Positions 51,419 through 61,542 of a DNA stretch of 64,000 nt are shown in pieces. The position numbers and the translations under genes are program-made. Position 1 is the stretch's first letter. Every line of letters begins with the position of its first letter. Origin of the DNA: Basidiobolus meristosporus CBS 931.73 (lineage: Eukaryota > Fungi > Basidiobolomycota); NCBI GenBank assembly GCA_002104905.1, contig MCFE01000212.1:63293-127292 (forward strand). The letters are read 5' to 3'. Below the pieces are notes generated by a model that saw only the letters and a program-made list of their open reading frames with translations, did not search any database and was not told where the DNA came from.

Positions 51419-52123
51419 AATACATTTGGCATGGATGTCCTTTCCAACATCACTCTTTGTCTTTTGAGCAAGAGACAATCTTCAACTCTGAATATAACTG
51501 CTTTTCTTTGTAGTGGTCTTTCAGCTAGTAAATATGCTATTTCAATCTTCTACGCATTATGTTACCCATCTTCATATTGTACGTAGATGGACACAAAGTT
51601 CTATGTGTGCATACTGCTACGATACCATTTCTATTCTAGATAGCAGTGCATCGATGGTTAGGAAATCACTCTCGTTAATGCGTCTAGCTGTGACAACTAA
51701 CCCATGGGTTCGAAGCTGGCATAAGCACTTTGTCAGCATAAGCAATGTGGCACATACCTGGGCCGTTATGAAAAAATTATCTATACTCAGTTTTGCAAAA
51801 GTTTGCGCGTGACCGAGTAAAAATGTTTATTCACTTTTATTAACCCTAAACTTGTTTGCCCAGGATGTGCTCAACGTTACCGAGAATTAAGTATTCATGA
51901 AGTTTTGAGATGCACACCCTACAATCCAGAGGCTAAAGGCATTCATCCCTGTGTCTAGATTTAGTGTTTACACATCTTCGAGGAGAAACACAATCCCTAG
52001 GGTTAGGGAGAAGATTGTGTACGGTGCAGAAGTGACCCTTGTCACAGTTGAGAGGAGAAGCAGAAAACAGAGATGCGGTTTTTTGAGTGAAAGCAGCCAT
52101 AATTAGACAAAATGCGAGCAAAA

Positions 52124-52194
52124 TGCATACTCGGGGAATCGAACCCCGGTCTACCGCGTGGCAGGCGGTAATTATACCACTAAACCAAGTATGC
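52124..52194 (-). tRNA. tRNA-Gly(GCC)
   Basis: ACCGC-CTGCCAC-GCGGT. Confidence 0.95.
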
Positions 52195-52547
52195 ACTTGA
52201 TAAAGGGAGCAACGCAATAATCAGAGATGTAACGTAATAGATTTATTCCCAAGCCCCTTCTCCCCTTAAGATTGATCATCCCAGATGACCGGATCACTCT
52301 AATAACGAAATAAGTATAGGCATTACCTTACCACGTAATGTAATGTACCATTGGCAATTGAGCAAGACAGAAAAGAGTACAGGCAGTAGCGTATCACATG
52401 TGACTCTATTGTGTAGCTACGGTGAGCTTTGCATGACTGCCGCAAATACACCTCCAAAGTATAACAACTATACTTGGCCGAATGAAATACAACAGTTCAG
52501 TTACATGTCCATCCATGGACGCATAAATCTTCCCTGGTTCAAGAATA

Positions 52548-52619
52548 TCCGCATTGGTCCAGTGGTCAGGATCTCTCGCTCTCACCGAGAAGGCCGGGGT
52601 TCGATTCCCCGATGCGGAA
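52548..52619 (+). tRNA. tRNA-Glu(CTC)
   Basis: TCTCG-CTCTCAC-CGAGA. Confidence 0.95.
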
Positions 52620-52791
52620 GTTCGCATTCAGTAACTTTTTGTAAGTTGGTGTAGTATGAGTGACTCGAGATGAAATTATTTTGTGATCACAAGAGAGGAT
52701 CAGCGACAAACTATAGATCTTTCTTGTTGCTAGCACATGTTTAGATGTATGTACAATTGTTAATGATCCGACCTCCAATATGACTGTACAT

Positions 52792-52864
52792 GGGCGTATG
52801 GCCAAATGGATAAGGCGCCTGACTACGGATCAGGAGATTCCAGGTTCGATCCCTGGTATGCTCG
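52792..52864 (+). tRNA. tRNA-Arg(ACG), unit 2
   Basis: Same as 47304-47376. Confidence 0.95.
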
Positions 52865-53132
52865 TACAACAATTTTTTATGTTCCATGTTACTCGGAATA
52901 CTAATACTCAAACTTACTTTTGTAAGTTTCATGGCATGATAAGCTCTAGACATGATGGCTGCAATCAGTGCATATCCTCTGCAATACAATAGTTTATTTG
53001 ATTATTCACTCGATAGCATTGTGATGTCTACTAGCTGTTATGTTCTTTCATAAAAAGGCCATTGCCCACACCATCACGTATCATCAAACCCAACCTTCAA
53101 TTAATCCCATCATCCAAATAGCCAAAAGAAAA

Positions 53133-53204
53133 CTCTCAGACCGGGAATTGAACCCGGGTCTCCCGCGTGACAGGCGGGGATACTTACCACTATACTATCT
53201 GAGA
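53133..53204 (-). tRNA. tRNA-Asp(GTC), unit 2
   Basis: Same as 47645-47716. Confidence 0.95.
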
Positions 53205-53651
53205 AGATATCTATCAAGTGAAATATATAATTTATAACGCACACTATTTAATACTTGGTAAAGCATGTTAGGGAGGCTATCGGGCTGGCAAAAACAATTT
53301 GAACAATTAGCCTACCTATGAAAATACATTTTCCCCTCTCCCACCCATCTATGATGTGTGTCAATTTCCCCCAGCTGCACAGTGTATATCTTCTGACTCA
53401 GTAAAAACATACACACGATATTTACTACACAATAAAATGGGTATATTGCTGCAACGTTGTTGGCCCTTGATTGTACATTGATTAGATTGAATTCAATAAA
53501 AATCACAATTTCTACTTTGAGCACTGATTGACAAATAAGCGCTAAAATGGATTTACTCATGAATAAAGTACCATACAAGTGACCATCCGACTTCCATTCA
53601 ACACCCTGCCCCCTACTCCAACTAAATACTGCACACAGAAAAAGGTAAAAA

Positions 53652-53725
53652 TGCTCACAGCAGGGGTCGAACCTGCGACCTTGGCGTTATTAGCACCACG
53701 CTCTAACCAACTGAGCTATGCGAGC
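53652..53725 (-). tRNA. tRNA-Ile(AAT), unit 2
   Basis: Same as 48164-48237. Confidence 0.95.
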
Positions 53726-53730
53726 ATATA

Positions 53731-53812
53731 CGACAACAGCAGGATTTGAACCTGCGCGGGCAGAGCCCATATGATTTCTAGTCATACGCCTTAACCACTC
53801 GGCCATATTGTC
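53731..53812 (-). tRNA. tRNA-Ser(AGA), unit 2
   Basis: Same as 48243-48324. Confidence 0.95.
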
Positions 53813-53917
53813 TGATATATCAATCCTTCTCTCTTTAAATATATGACTAAACATTTAACATTATCTTGTTTAATAAAGTATGTTGAAGCTATTGTTTTCT
53901 AAAAATCGCAGAAAATT

Positions 53918-53989
53918 AGGTCTCGCCGAGAATCGAACTCGGATTACAGGATTCAAAGTCCTGGGTGCTAACCATTACACCACGAAACC
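53918..53989 (-). tRNA. tRNA-Gln(TTG), unit 2
   Basis: Same as 48430-48501. Confidence 0.95.
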
Positions 53990-54114
53990 AGCAACTACCT
54001 GTTATAAGCTAATCTATATTATAGTACTTACTCACTCGTAATCTTGCATTAAATATTTATTTCTGTAGCCCGCCAATGAAGAATACAATGAAGGGGCTGT
54101 GAACCAAAAAGGAT

Positions 54115-54197
54115 TGGTAACAGTGAGATTCGAACTCACGCCTCTTACGAGACCGCAACTTGAGTGCGGCGCCTTAGACCAACTCGGCCATGTTACC
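54115..54197 (-). tRNA. tRNA-Leu(CAA), unit 2
   Basis: Same as 48627-48709. Confidence 0.95.
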
Positions 54198-54498
54198 GTA
54201 TATTACATCCATCTCATATTTTTCTTACGACTAGAAAGGTTCGCAAACCTAGAGTGTTCATGTCACTCGATACTAATTTTTTTGTGATTAAAAGAACTTC
54301 CAAATTCGTCAATTTTCAGTGGTCGTTAATTATTGCCAAATAGCTTGTAACAAAAGGAAACACAAAGCTACCAACGATGCCAGATTGTGCTTGTATGAGA
54401 ACACACGCTATCTAGTAATGCACTTTCAAAATGTGGTTCATTTGCACCTTGAATGCAAGTCTGTGGGCTGTACTGATCTGACAACCACTAAAATAAAA

Positions 54499-54569
54499 TG
54501 CCATTGCTCGGAATCGAACCGAGGTCGACGCGGCCACAACGCGATGTACTGCCACTATACTACAATGGC
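54499..54569 (-). tRNA. tRNA-His(GTG), unit 2
   Basis: Same as 49011-49081. Confidence 0.93.
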
Positions 54570-54750
54570 GAATTCAGTATTTGACCCATTACCTGACTTC
54601 ATGTTATGTTCACTGATCATACCTTGCGACTAGCTACCCATCTGCATTGGTAGGGTTCAATGTGAAGATGGGTACATGATACAGTGAGCATTCTGAATGG
54701 AGTAAAGTCTTGTGGGAATATAGAATTTTGCTTGCTTTCTAACAATAACT

Positions 54751-54822
54751 TCCTCATTGGTCCAGTGGTTAGGATTTCTCGCTTTCACCGAGACGGCCGG
54801 GGTTCGATTCCCCGATGGGGAA
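54751..54822 (+). tRNA. tRNA-Glu(TTC), unit 2
   Basis: Same as 49263-49334. Confidence 0.95.
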
Positions 54823-55022
54823 ATACTTTTGTCCTATGTTTTTATTAGTGGTTGGGATGATATGCAGGAAAGCCGCAAGCTCAAGGGCCCCGTGTAGAGA
54901 ATACCAAAATGATCAAGGCCATCCTTACGTGAAGCATACACACAAAAAGTGATCGATCTTTTTTCATATATGGGGACTGGCCAAGGTCCTACTGATACAA
55001 CACCCACCAAAACAAAAATCAG

Positions 55023-55094
55023 TGAGGAGTGCGTGATTTGAACACGCAACCTTTCGCTCTGGAGGCGAACGCGCTACCGTTGCGCCAACCCCCC
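55023..55094 (-). tRNA. tRNA-Trp(CCA), unit 2
   Basis: Same as 49535-49606. Confidence 0.95.
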
Positions 55095-55238
55095 ACTTAC
55101 ATTTGTTACGTAGTTAACTACCTACATAAAACCCCATTTTACAACATGTACTCTCCCTCATAAGACTTGGTACTTCGTTGCAAATTTTAAAATTTTCTTG
55201 ATGACCATATATAGCAAGTTGAGTTATCCATCAACGAA

Positions 55239-55312
55239 GTCTTCGTGGTGTAGTTGGTTATCACGTCTGTCTAACACACAGACGGTCCTCGGTTCGAATC
55301 CGAGCGAAGACA
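55239..55312 (+). tRNA. tRNA-Val(AAC), unit 2
   Basis: Same as 49751-49824. Confidence 0.95.
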
Positions 55313-55523
55313 TCATTTTTCCCTCTGCTGCATAATCTTTTGCAAATACTTGCTCTTTGTGCCCTCCATAACACATCGCATTTACTCTATATCACTACCT
55401 ATGGAAGATACTATACTCACCCGCCCCGAATCTGTTCTTCCACCTGAACAAAGCAAAGGCCCCTCCTCTTCGCCGAAGCTCAAAGGTTTAGATGTCCAGC
55501 AGAGAGCAATAATACGGTATTCC

Positions 55524-55833
55524 TGTTATGATTTAAATCCTAACTAGTCACTACCGATCACTTGAACACTACTGATCGAACACCTGGAATTCCACACAGA
55601 CGATCAATCGCACTCAGTGATACACACGTTATTTAATACATCTTGAACCCTCCTTTTGGAAGCTTGCCCTACGTTATCGGAAGCTCTCCCTCCGAGGCTA
55701 TCTCTATATAAACTCCTTTGAACACTATCAATAAAGCATCAACCTTTTACCGGTTCATCAACTATTCAGATAACCTCTCTGATTCGTATTGGACATCCTC
55801 CGGTCCTCCTCCGCTTGCCCTCGATTCATAACA
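55524..55833 (+). repeat. Gypsy 5' LTR
   Basis: TGTTATGA...TCATAACA; TATATAA and AATAAA inside. Confidence 0.95.
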
Positions 55834-55834
55834 T

Positions 55835-55845
55835 TGGTAGCAGCG
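55835..55845 (+). promoter_or_regulatory. Gypsy primer-binding site TGGTAGCAGCG (initiator tRNA-Met-like)
   Basis: 1 bp after the LTR; complementary to a ...CGCUGCUACCA tRNA 3' end. Confidence 0.8.
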
Positions 55846-55880
55846 AACCTCCGATCTCCAAAAAACAAAAACCTCCGTAC

Positions 55881-56060
55881 CTCCCAGAAACTTTTCCAAT
55901 CTCTCAGAAACTCTTCCGATCTCCCAGAAACTTTTCCAATCTCTCAGAAACTCTTCCGATCTCCCAGAAACTTTTCCAATCTCTCAGAAACTCTTCCGAT
56001 CTCCCAGAAACTCTTCCGATCTCCCAGAAACTCTTCCGATCTCCCAGATATTCTTCCAAT
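55881..56060 (+). repeat. 20-bp tandem repeat (about 9 copies) in the Gypsy 5' leader
   Basis: ctc(c/t)cagaaact(c/t)ttcc(g/a)at; first six units alternate as a 40-bp dimer. Confidence 0.9.
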
Positions 56061-56231
56061 TGTCCAGAGATACCCTCCGTACCTGCCCGAGACCCTCCCA
56101 ACCTCCCAGAGAAACCCTCCGTTTCACTCAAAAAAAAGAAAAAAAACAGTACCCAGTCAATTCTGCCAGAGAACCAGCCCCCTTGGTAAACACACCCGCC
56201 TACCGCAAATCAAACAATACCCAAAAACAAA

Positions 56232-59200
56232 ATGAGTGAAGAAAAGCCAAAATTTAGCTCTTCAGAAGAAATGTTGGCCTATATTGAGAGTCTTGAACAA
56301 CAAGTTGCTGAGTTAGCCGGTCAAGGACAGTCCCACACAACTGAGCCTGCGGCCCTCCCTAGTCTGGACCCAAGAATGGGTAGGCAGACAGACTTGGACT
56401 CTTTACATTTTGTGAACACCCAGAGATCATGGTTTACTGGTCAAGGTATACAGAGAGAGGGTGAAGCCTCATCTGTAAGACCTGCGGTGCCTCCCAATTC
56501 CTTGAATCTTGGAGAAGATGGGCAAGGCTCTCTGGACTTCACAAAACAATATAGAGCAACAAATCTGAAACTTCAGAAACCCAACATCTTTGAAGGCAAA
56601 AGACACACTGCCACTCTAGAGACTTGGATATTTGAAGTAGAGCAGTACCTATACTTCTCAGATGACTCTGAAGAAGTCAAAGTACATTATGCCTGTTCAC
56701 TTTTCAGAAAGGAAGCAACCATGTGGTGGAAACTTCACATTCAAGGAATGAATAGGGGCATCTTTCCACCCATAGCCTCCTGGGCTGACTTTGTTAAAGC
56801 ATTGAGAAAGAGGTTTACACCTATCAATGCTGATAGAATGGCAAGAGAAAAACTGTCCAAACTCTTTCAAGCCAAGTCTGTTCAAGAGTACAATGAGCAG
56901 TTTAACTTGCTTAGTATGGAAATTCAAAACATGCCTGATACTGAACTACTTGAGCAATACCTAAGAGGCCTGAAATCCAACACTAGATGGGAAATTGAAT
57001 ACAAAGACCCCAAAACCCTAGTAGAGGCTATGGAACTGGCAGAAAGATATGATGCCATACACTTCAGAAGGGCTGTCAACCACAGAATTGGTCACTCAAG
57101 AACTACTACAGGCCTCAAAGCCAATAACCACATACCTATTGGTAGTCAACCAATCACTGAACAAGGTGCACACTACCCCCACACACTGGAGCCTATGGAC
57201 CTAGATGTTATGCAGAGCACACCAAGACCTTCTAAAGAGGAATGCTTCAAGCTTGGACTATGCTTTTACTGCAAGGAACAGGGTCATAAAGTCAATGAAT
57301 GCCCAAAGAGGCCATTACAAAGAGTATTCCAACTCTCCACTAAGGAGGAGGAGCACACAATCAGCCTTGTTAAGGAGTATCAGAGGACTCAGAGCTTATA
57401 TACTACCCCAAAGATGCTGAAACTCCCAGGGATTCTCAACAACAACCAATGTGTCTCTGTACTCATTGACAGTGGAGCAACTGATGTCTACATTTCAAAA
57501 GATGTAGCTGATCAGATGAAGCTACAAACAATCCCTTGCCCCCCAATTCACATCCTCTGTGCCACCAAGGAATCAATTATAGTGAACAGCAGGACTGAAC
57601 CCTTGACTTTACAAATCAGGGACTTCCAAGACACCATTTCCCCAATTATCATACCCCAAGCCAACTTTGAAATCAATGTGGGACAAACTTGGCTAAGAAA
57701 GCACAATCCTGACATAAACTGGCAGACTCAGGAAGTTGTAATCAACAAGGATGATGCAAAATATCATCTGTCACCCAAACCAACCCTGGACAAAGGCAAT
57801 GCACCAGAACACACCATATCAAAGAAACAGTTTGCCCACTCTATCAGACAGAATCCCAAACTGTTGCACATGATAGCCTTTGCCAAAATCCAAGAGACCA
57901 CAGAAGTGACAAATGACAGGCTCAAGACCTTGTTAGCAGAGTTTCAAGAGGTTTTTCCCAAGGAAATCCCTGCACTACCCCCAAGCAGAGAGATTGACCA
58001 TGCCATAGAAGTAACAGATGATAAACCAAGAAACAGAGCCCCATATAAGTTCTCCCCAAAGGAAATGGAGACTTTGAAGGAAACATTGAAGGACTACCTG
58101 GCTAAAGGCTGGATAAAACCCAGTAAATCACCATGGGGAGCTCCAGTACTCTTTGCTCCAAAGAAGGATGGGAAGCTACGGTTCTGTGTGGACTACAGGG
58201 CCCTAAATGCAATCACTGTCAGAAATTCCTACCCATTACCAAGAATTGATGCCCTCTTTGACCAACTGGGGAAGGCAAAGATATTCTCTAAAATAGACCT
58301 GGCATCTGGATATCACCAAATCAGAATTAAGCCTGAAGACACCTCTAAGACAGCATTCAACACAAGATATGGTCATTATGAGTTTGTTGTGATGAGCTTT
58401 GGCCTGACTAATGCCCCAGCAACATTTCAGACACTCATGAATAGCATCCTGGAACCATATTTAGAGAAATTTGTCCTGGTCTACTTAGATGACATTCTGA
58501 TCTATAGTACCAGCATGGATGACCACATGAAGCACTTGAAGACAGTACTGGCTATACTAAAAAAGCACAAGCTATATGCACAACTTCCTAAGTGTGAATT
58601 CCTCACCAGATCAGTTGAATACCTTGGTCACATAATCTCAGATAAAGGACTACACATGGATCCAGCCAAGATAGATGCTATCCAGAAATGGGAAGCCCCA
58701 AAGTCACTCACTGAAATGAGATCCTTCCTGGGACTTGCATCATATTACAGAAGATTCATCAGGGACTTTGCAACTATTGCAGCCCCCCTTACAGACTTGA
58801 CCAAAAAAGAGAAAGACTATATATGGACCCCAAACTGTGAGACAGCTTTCCTAACTCTGAAAGAAAAGCTATGCCAAACCCCTGTGCTTCAGTTGCCTGA
58901 TTTCTCAGAACCTTTCTGTGTATACACTGATGCTTCAGATCTAGCTGTTGGAGGGGTACTGACTCAAAAAGAACACCCGGTTGCTTATGAGTCCAAAAAG
59001 CTATCAGTAACTGAACAAAACTACCCAGTCCATGAAAAAGAACTCTATGCCATACTACATTGTCTGAGAGTGTGGAGATGCTACTTGGAGGGCAAACACT
59101 TTGTGGTATATACAGATCATGCATCCCTAAGATACATTCACACCCAGAAGCTATTATCCAGAAGAATAACTAGATGGATTGAAGAACTACAACAATTTGA

Positions 59201-60581
59201 TTTTAAAATCCACTACCTCCCTGGGCCAAAGAATACAGTTGCTGATGCACTCTCAAGGCAACATATATCAATGGTAGATCATGAGTTGGACTGGCCAGAA
59301 TACATGCCAGAGTACTTGGCAAGTCAGACAATGCCAGAAGATTTATCACAGGAAGTAAGGGTCAAGATTAAGAAAGAAGCAGAGAATTTCTCATATGGTG
59401 AAGACGAGGTACTTTACAGACACATGGAAGAAATAGGGCCTGTACCATATATTCCATTTGTATACAGAGGTGACATGATAATCAAGAATCATAAAGCCTT
59501 TGGACATCTGGGCATCCAAGGAACTTATGAAATAACTAAAAGGAGAGCCTGGTGGCCTAAACTCAAACAATTTATAGCTGAGACCCTCAAGACCTGCCCT
59601 GAGTGCCAGCTGGCTAGACCATACAACAAGGAACATGCCCCATTAGAACCACTGACTCCAGTTCCAGCATTCTACAGATGGGGAATTGACTTCATTGGAA
59701 TATTGCCTGAAACTTCAAGAGGGAACAAGTGGATCATAACTGCAATTGACCATACCACTAAGTGGTGTATAGCAAAAGCCATGCCAGCAGCTACTGCAAA
59801 AAATGTTGCAAAATTCCTTTACCTGGAAATCTTTATGCAGTTTGGATGCCCAGGTGAAATTCTGTCTGACAGAGGAGCAAACTTTTTGGAACAAACCTTG
59901 AAAGAATACCTTCAGATAATGGGGGTTAGACATTTGAAGACATCAGCATACCACCCTAGAACAAATGGGGTCACAGAGAGGTTCAATGGACTCTTTGGGA
60001 AGATGCTGACTACTTATGTCAAAGGAGCCAAACATAAGTGGGATGAATTTGTACATCAAGCACTCTTTGCCTGTCGTATTAGAGTCCATTCAGCAACACA
60101 AAAGTCCCCCTTCTACCTAGTGTATGGTACACATCCAAGAATCCCAGGTGATACCTTACCACCATACATCTGGGACTTAAAGAACCAAAAAGACTTGGCA
60201 GAATTCAGAACAAGGGAACTGGAAGAATTAGGACATGCAAGACATGATGCCATCAAGAATTTAAAACGACAAGCAGAGAAGATGAAAGAACAGTACAACA
60301 AAACAGTGGTAACAAAACCCTTAACTTTGGGAAAACTTGTATTAGTCCGAAATGAAAGTAGGCTAAAACTAGAACCACATTGGGTTGGACCCTTTATTAT
60401 CACAAGAGAAATGCCCTTCAATACATTTCAACTCGCAGACATGTCAGGTAAAGTAAAGGAGGACCTAGTGCATAGAGACCGACTAAAGGAAGCACAGCTA
60501 AAAAACCCAATGACACCACCAACCAAATACTGGTATTACAAGTCCGACAGACAGGACTCTTCAGGAGAAGAACCTCTTTAA
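56232..60581 (+). CDS. Gypsy gag-pol polyprotein (1449 aa, single frame), no chromodomain
   Basis: KPNIFEG gag, [21 protein letters not shown] protease, [15 protein letters not shown] RNase H, HHCC, WGIDF/SDRG/TERFN integrase, WVGPF motif. Confidence 0.97.
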   Translation: MSEEKPKFSSSEEMLAYIESLEQQVAELAGQGQSHTTEPAALPSLDPRMGRQTDLDSLHFVNTQRSWFTGQGIQREGEASSVRPAVPPNSLNLGEDGQGSLDFTKQYRATNLKLQKPNIFEGKRHTATLETWIFEVEQYLYFSDDSEEVKVHYACSLFRKEATMWWKLHIQGMNRGIFPPIASWADFVKALRKRFTPINADRMAREKLSKLFQAKSVQEYNEQFNLLSMEIQNMPDTELLEQYLRGLKSNTRWEIEYKDPKTLVEAMELAERYDAIHFRRAVNHRIGHSRTTTGLKANNHIPIGSQPITEQGAHYPHTLEPMDLDVMQSTPRPSKEECFKLGLCFYCKEQGHKVNECPKRPLQRVFQLSTKEEEHTISLVKEYQRTQSLYTTPKMLKLPGILNNNQCVSVLIDSGATDVYISKDVADQMKLQTIPCPPIHILCATKESIIVNSRTEPLTLQIRDFQDTISPIIIPQANFEINVGQTWLRKHNPDINWQTQEVVINKDDAKYHLSPKPTLDKGNAPEHTISKKQFAHSIRQNPKLLHMIAFAKIQETTEVTNDRLKTLLAEFQEVFPKEIPALPPSREIDHAIEVTDDKPRNRAPYKFSPKEMETLKETLKDYLAKGWIKPSKSPWGAPVLFAPKKDGKLRFCVDYRALNAITVRNSYPLPRIDALFDQLGKAKIFSKIDLASGYHQIRIKPEDTSKTAFNTRYGHYEFVVMSFGLTNAPATFQTLMNSILEPYLEKFVLVYLDDILIYSTSMDDHMKHLKTVLAILKKHKLYAQLPKCEFLTRSVEYLGHIISDKGLHMDPAKIDAIQKWEAPKSLTEMRSFLGLASYYRRFIRDFATIAAPLTDLTKKEKDYIWTPNCETAFLTLKEKLCQTPVLQLPDFSEPFCVYTDASDLAVGGVLTQKEHPVAYESKKLSVTEQNYPVHEKELYAILHCLRVWRCYLEGKHFVVYTDHASLRYIHTQKLLSRRITRWIEELQQFDFKIHYLPGPKNTVADALSRQHISMVDHELDWPEYMPEYLASQTMPEDLSQEVRVKIKKEAENFSYGEDEVLYRHMEEIGPVPYIPFVYRGDMIIKNHKAFGHLGIQGTYEITKRRAWWPKLKQFIAETLKTCPECQLARPYNKEHAPLEPLTPVPAFYRWGIDFIGILPETSRGNKWIITAIDHTTKWCIAKAMPAATAKNVAKFLYLEIFMQFGCPGEILSDRGANFLEQTLKEYLQIMGVRHLKTSAYHPRTNGVTERFNGLFGKMLTTYVKGAKHKWDEFVHQALFACRIRVHSATQKSPFYLVYGTHPRIPGDTLPPYIWDLKNQKDLAEFRTRELEELGHARHDAIKNLKRQAEKMKEQYNKTVVTKPLTLGKLVLVRNESRLKLEPHWVGPFIITREMPFNTFQLADMSGKVKEDLVHRDRLKEAQLKNPMTPPTKYWYYKSDRQDSSGEEPL

Positions 60582-60592
60582 GTGTGGGAGTA
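60580..60592 (+). promoter_or_regulatory. Gypsy polypurine tract (imperfect)
   Basis: AAGTGTGGGAGTA immediately before the 3' LTR. Confidence 0.65.
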
Positions 60593-60902
60593 TGTTATGA
60601 TTTAAATCCTAACTAGTCACTACCGATCACTTGAACACTACTGATCGAACACCTGGAATTCCACACAGACGATCAATCGCACTCAGTGATACACACGTTA
60701 TTTAATACATCTTGAACCCTCCTTTTGGAAGCTTGCCCTACGTTATCGGAAGCTCTCCCTCCGAGGCTATCTCTATATAAACTCCTTTGAACACTATCAA
60801 TAAAGCATCAACCTTTTACCGGTTCATCAACTATTCAGATAACCTCTCTGATTCGTATTGGACATCCTCCGGTCCTCCTCCGCTTGCCCTCGATTCATAA
60901 CA
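60593..60902 (+). repeat. Gypsy 3' LTR
   Basis: Identical by eye to 55524-55833. Confidence 0.95.
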
Positions 60903-60912
60903 ATGCGTGTGA

Positions 60913-61014
60913 GCATTCGTTGGCCAAATGGTTAAGATGTGGGTGGGCGAGGTGTTTGTGCTACTCATATTCCTCTGCTGCTTGAAGGTCGCTGGTTCAA
61001 CTCTCCCGAGAGCA
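60913..61014 (+). pseudogene. tRNA-like sequence with A and B boxes; does not fold to a canonical tRNA
   Basis: TGGCCAAATGG, GGTTCAACTC, acceptor-like GCATTCG/CGAGAGC; T stem and anticodon arm broken. Confidence 0.5.
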
Positions 61015-61472
61015 TGAATCTATCATAACAGCAACTTCTCGCTGTTTAACACAGAGAGCGAAAATTAGGGGGGTTATGGAGAATATTCTTATCAGCATAA
61101 ATTAAGATTTTTTGCGCGTTCTCAAATAAAATAGCTTCCTTTTATATTTAACCCTAAATGCATAAAAAAATATACAAACACTGCGCCGTAAAAGTAAATT
61201 CCATATTGATTGACTACACGAAACGACATGTCGTAATAGTCAGGAGCCATACCGCACTGCTAGAGATCGAGGTGAACTCAACTCAAAGCAGCCATGAAAA
61301 ACTAGTGATATTTATGCTTGTGTTTGGGTTAGGGGTTAGGGTTGGGGCTGATTGTAAATACCTCTTAGGTCGCCATCTCCTCCCCCAAAAGTGAGGACTA
61401 GGATGAGAGCTGGTAACACTTCAGGTGGGATTGATGGCCAAAAAGAAATAGCAGCCAGGTTAATGGGCTAGG

Positions 61473-61542
61473 GAGGGAAGAGGGAAGAGGGAAGAGGGAA
61501 GAGGGAAGAGGGAAGAGGGAAGAGGGAAGAGGGAAGAGGGAA
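61473..61542 (+). repeat. (GAGGGAA)10 microsatellite
   Basis: Ten perfect 7-mers. Confidence 0.95.

Larger units (their letters stand above)
47276..52763. repeat. tRNA cassette unit 1 (5488 bp, 17 tRNA genes)
   Basis: 47276-50035 recurs at 52764-55523 (offset 5488); one difference seen (49882 G vs 55370 A). Confidence 0.95.
52764..55523. repeat. tRNA cassette unit 2, truncated by the Gypsy element (10 tRNA genes)
   Basis: Near-identical direct copy of 47276-50035. Confidence 0.95.
55524..60902 (+). mobile_element. Intact Ty3/Gypsy LTR retrotransposon (5379 bp)
   Basis: Two apparently identical 310-bp LTRs, PBS, single gag-pol ORF, PPT. Confidence 0.97.

Noticed and set aside
51640-51725. 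A/B-box-like words (GATGGTTAGG, GGTTCGAAG) between tRNA-Thr and tRNA-Gly
   Set aside because: No cloverleaf could be folded; may be chance or a very old pseudogene
47276-52768. Idea that the whole cassette is a restriction-ligation (Hi-C/Sau3AI) concatemer
   Set aside because: Several tRNA-tRNA spacers checked (e.g. Arg-Asp) contain no GATC, the Glu module has uncut internal GATC sites, and overall GATC density is near expectation; kept only as a caveat for three junctions
47292-55547. Many 60-130 aa ORFs in the tRNA cassette
   Set aside because: They overlap tRNA genes and AT-rich spacers; they recur only because the unit is duplicated
55881-56060. Possible CRISPR-like array
   Set aside because: Contiguous 20-bp units with no unique spacers, inside a retrotransposon leader, eukaryotic context
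60913-61014. Possible selenocysteine tRNA
   Set aside because: No CTTCAAA anticodon loop and no Sec-type stem geometry
61320-61350. TTAGGG telomere-like motifs (also TAACCCTAAA at about 51841 and 61150)
   Set aside because: Only one or two imperfect copies; too short for an interstitial telomere, at most telobox-like promoter motifs
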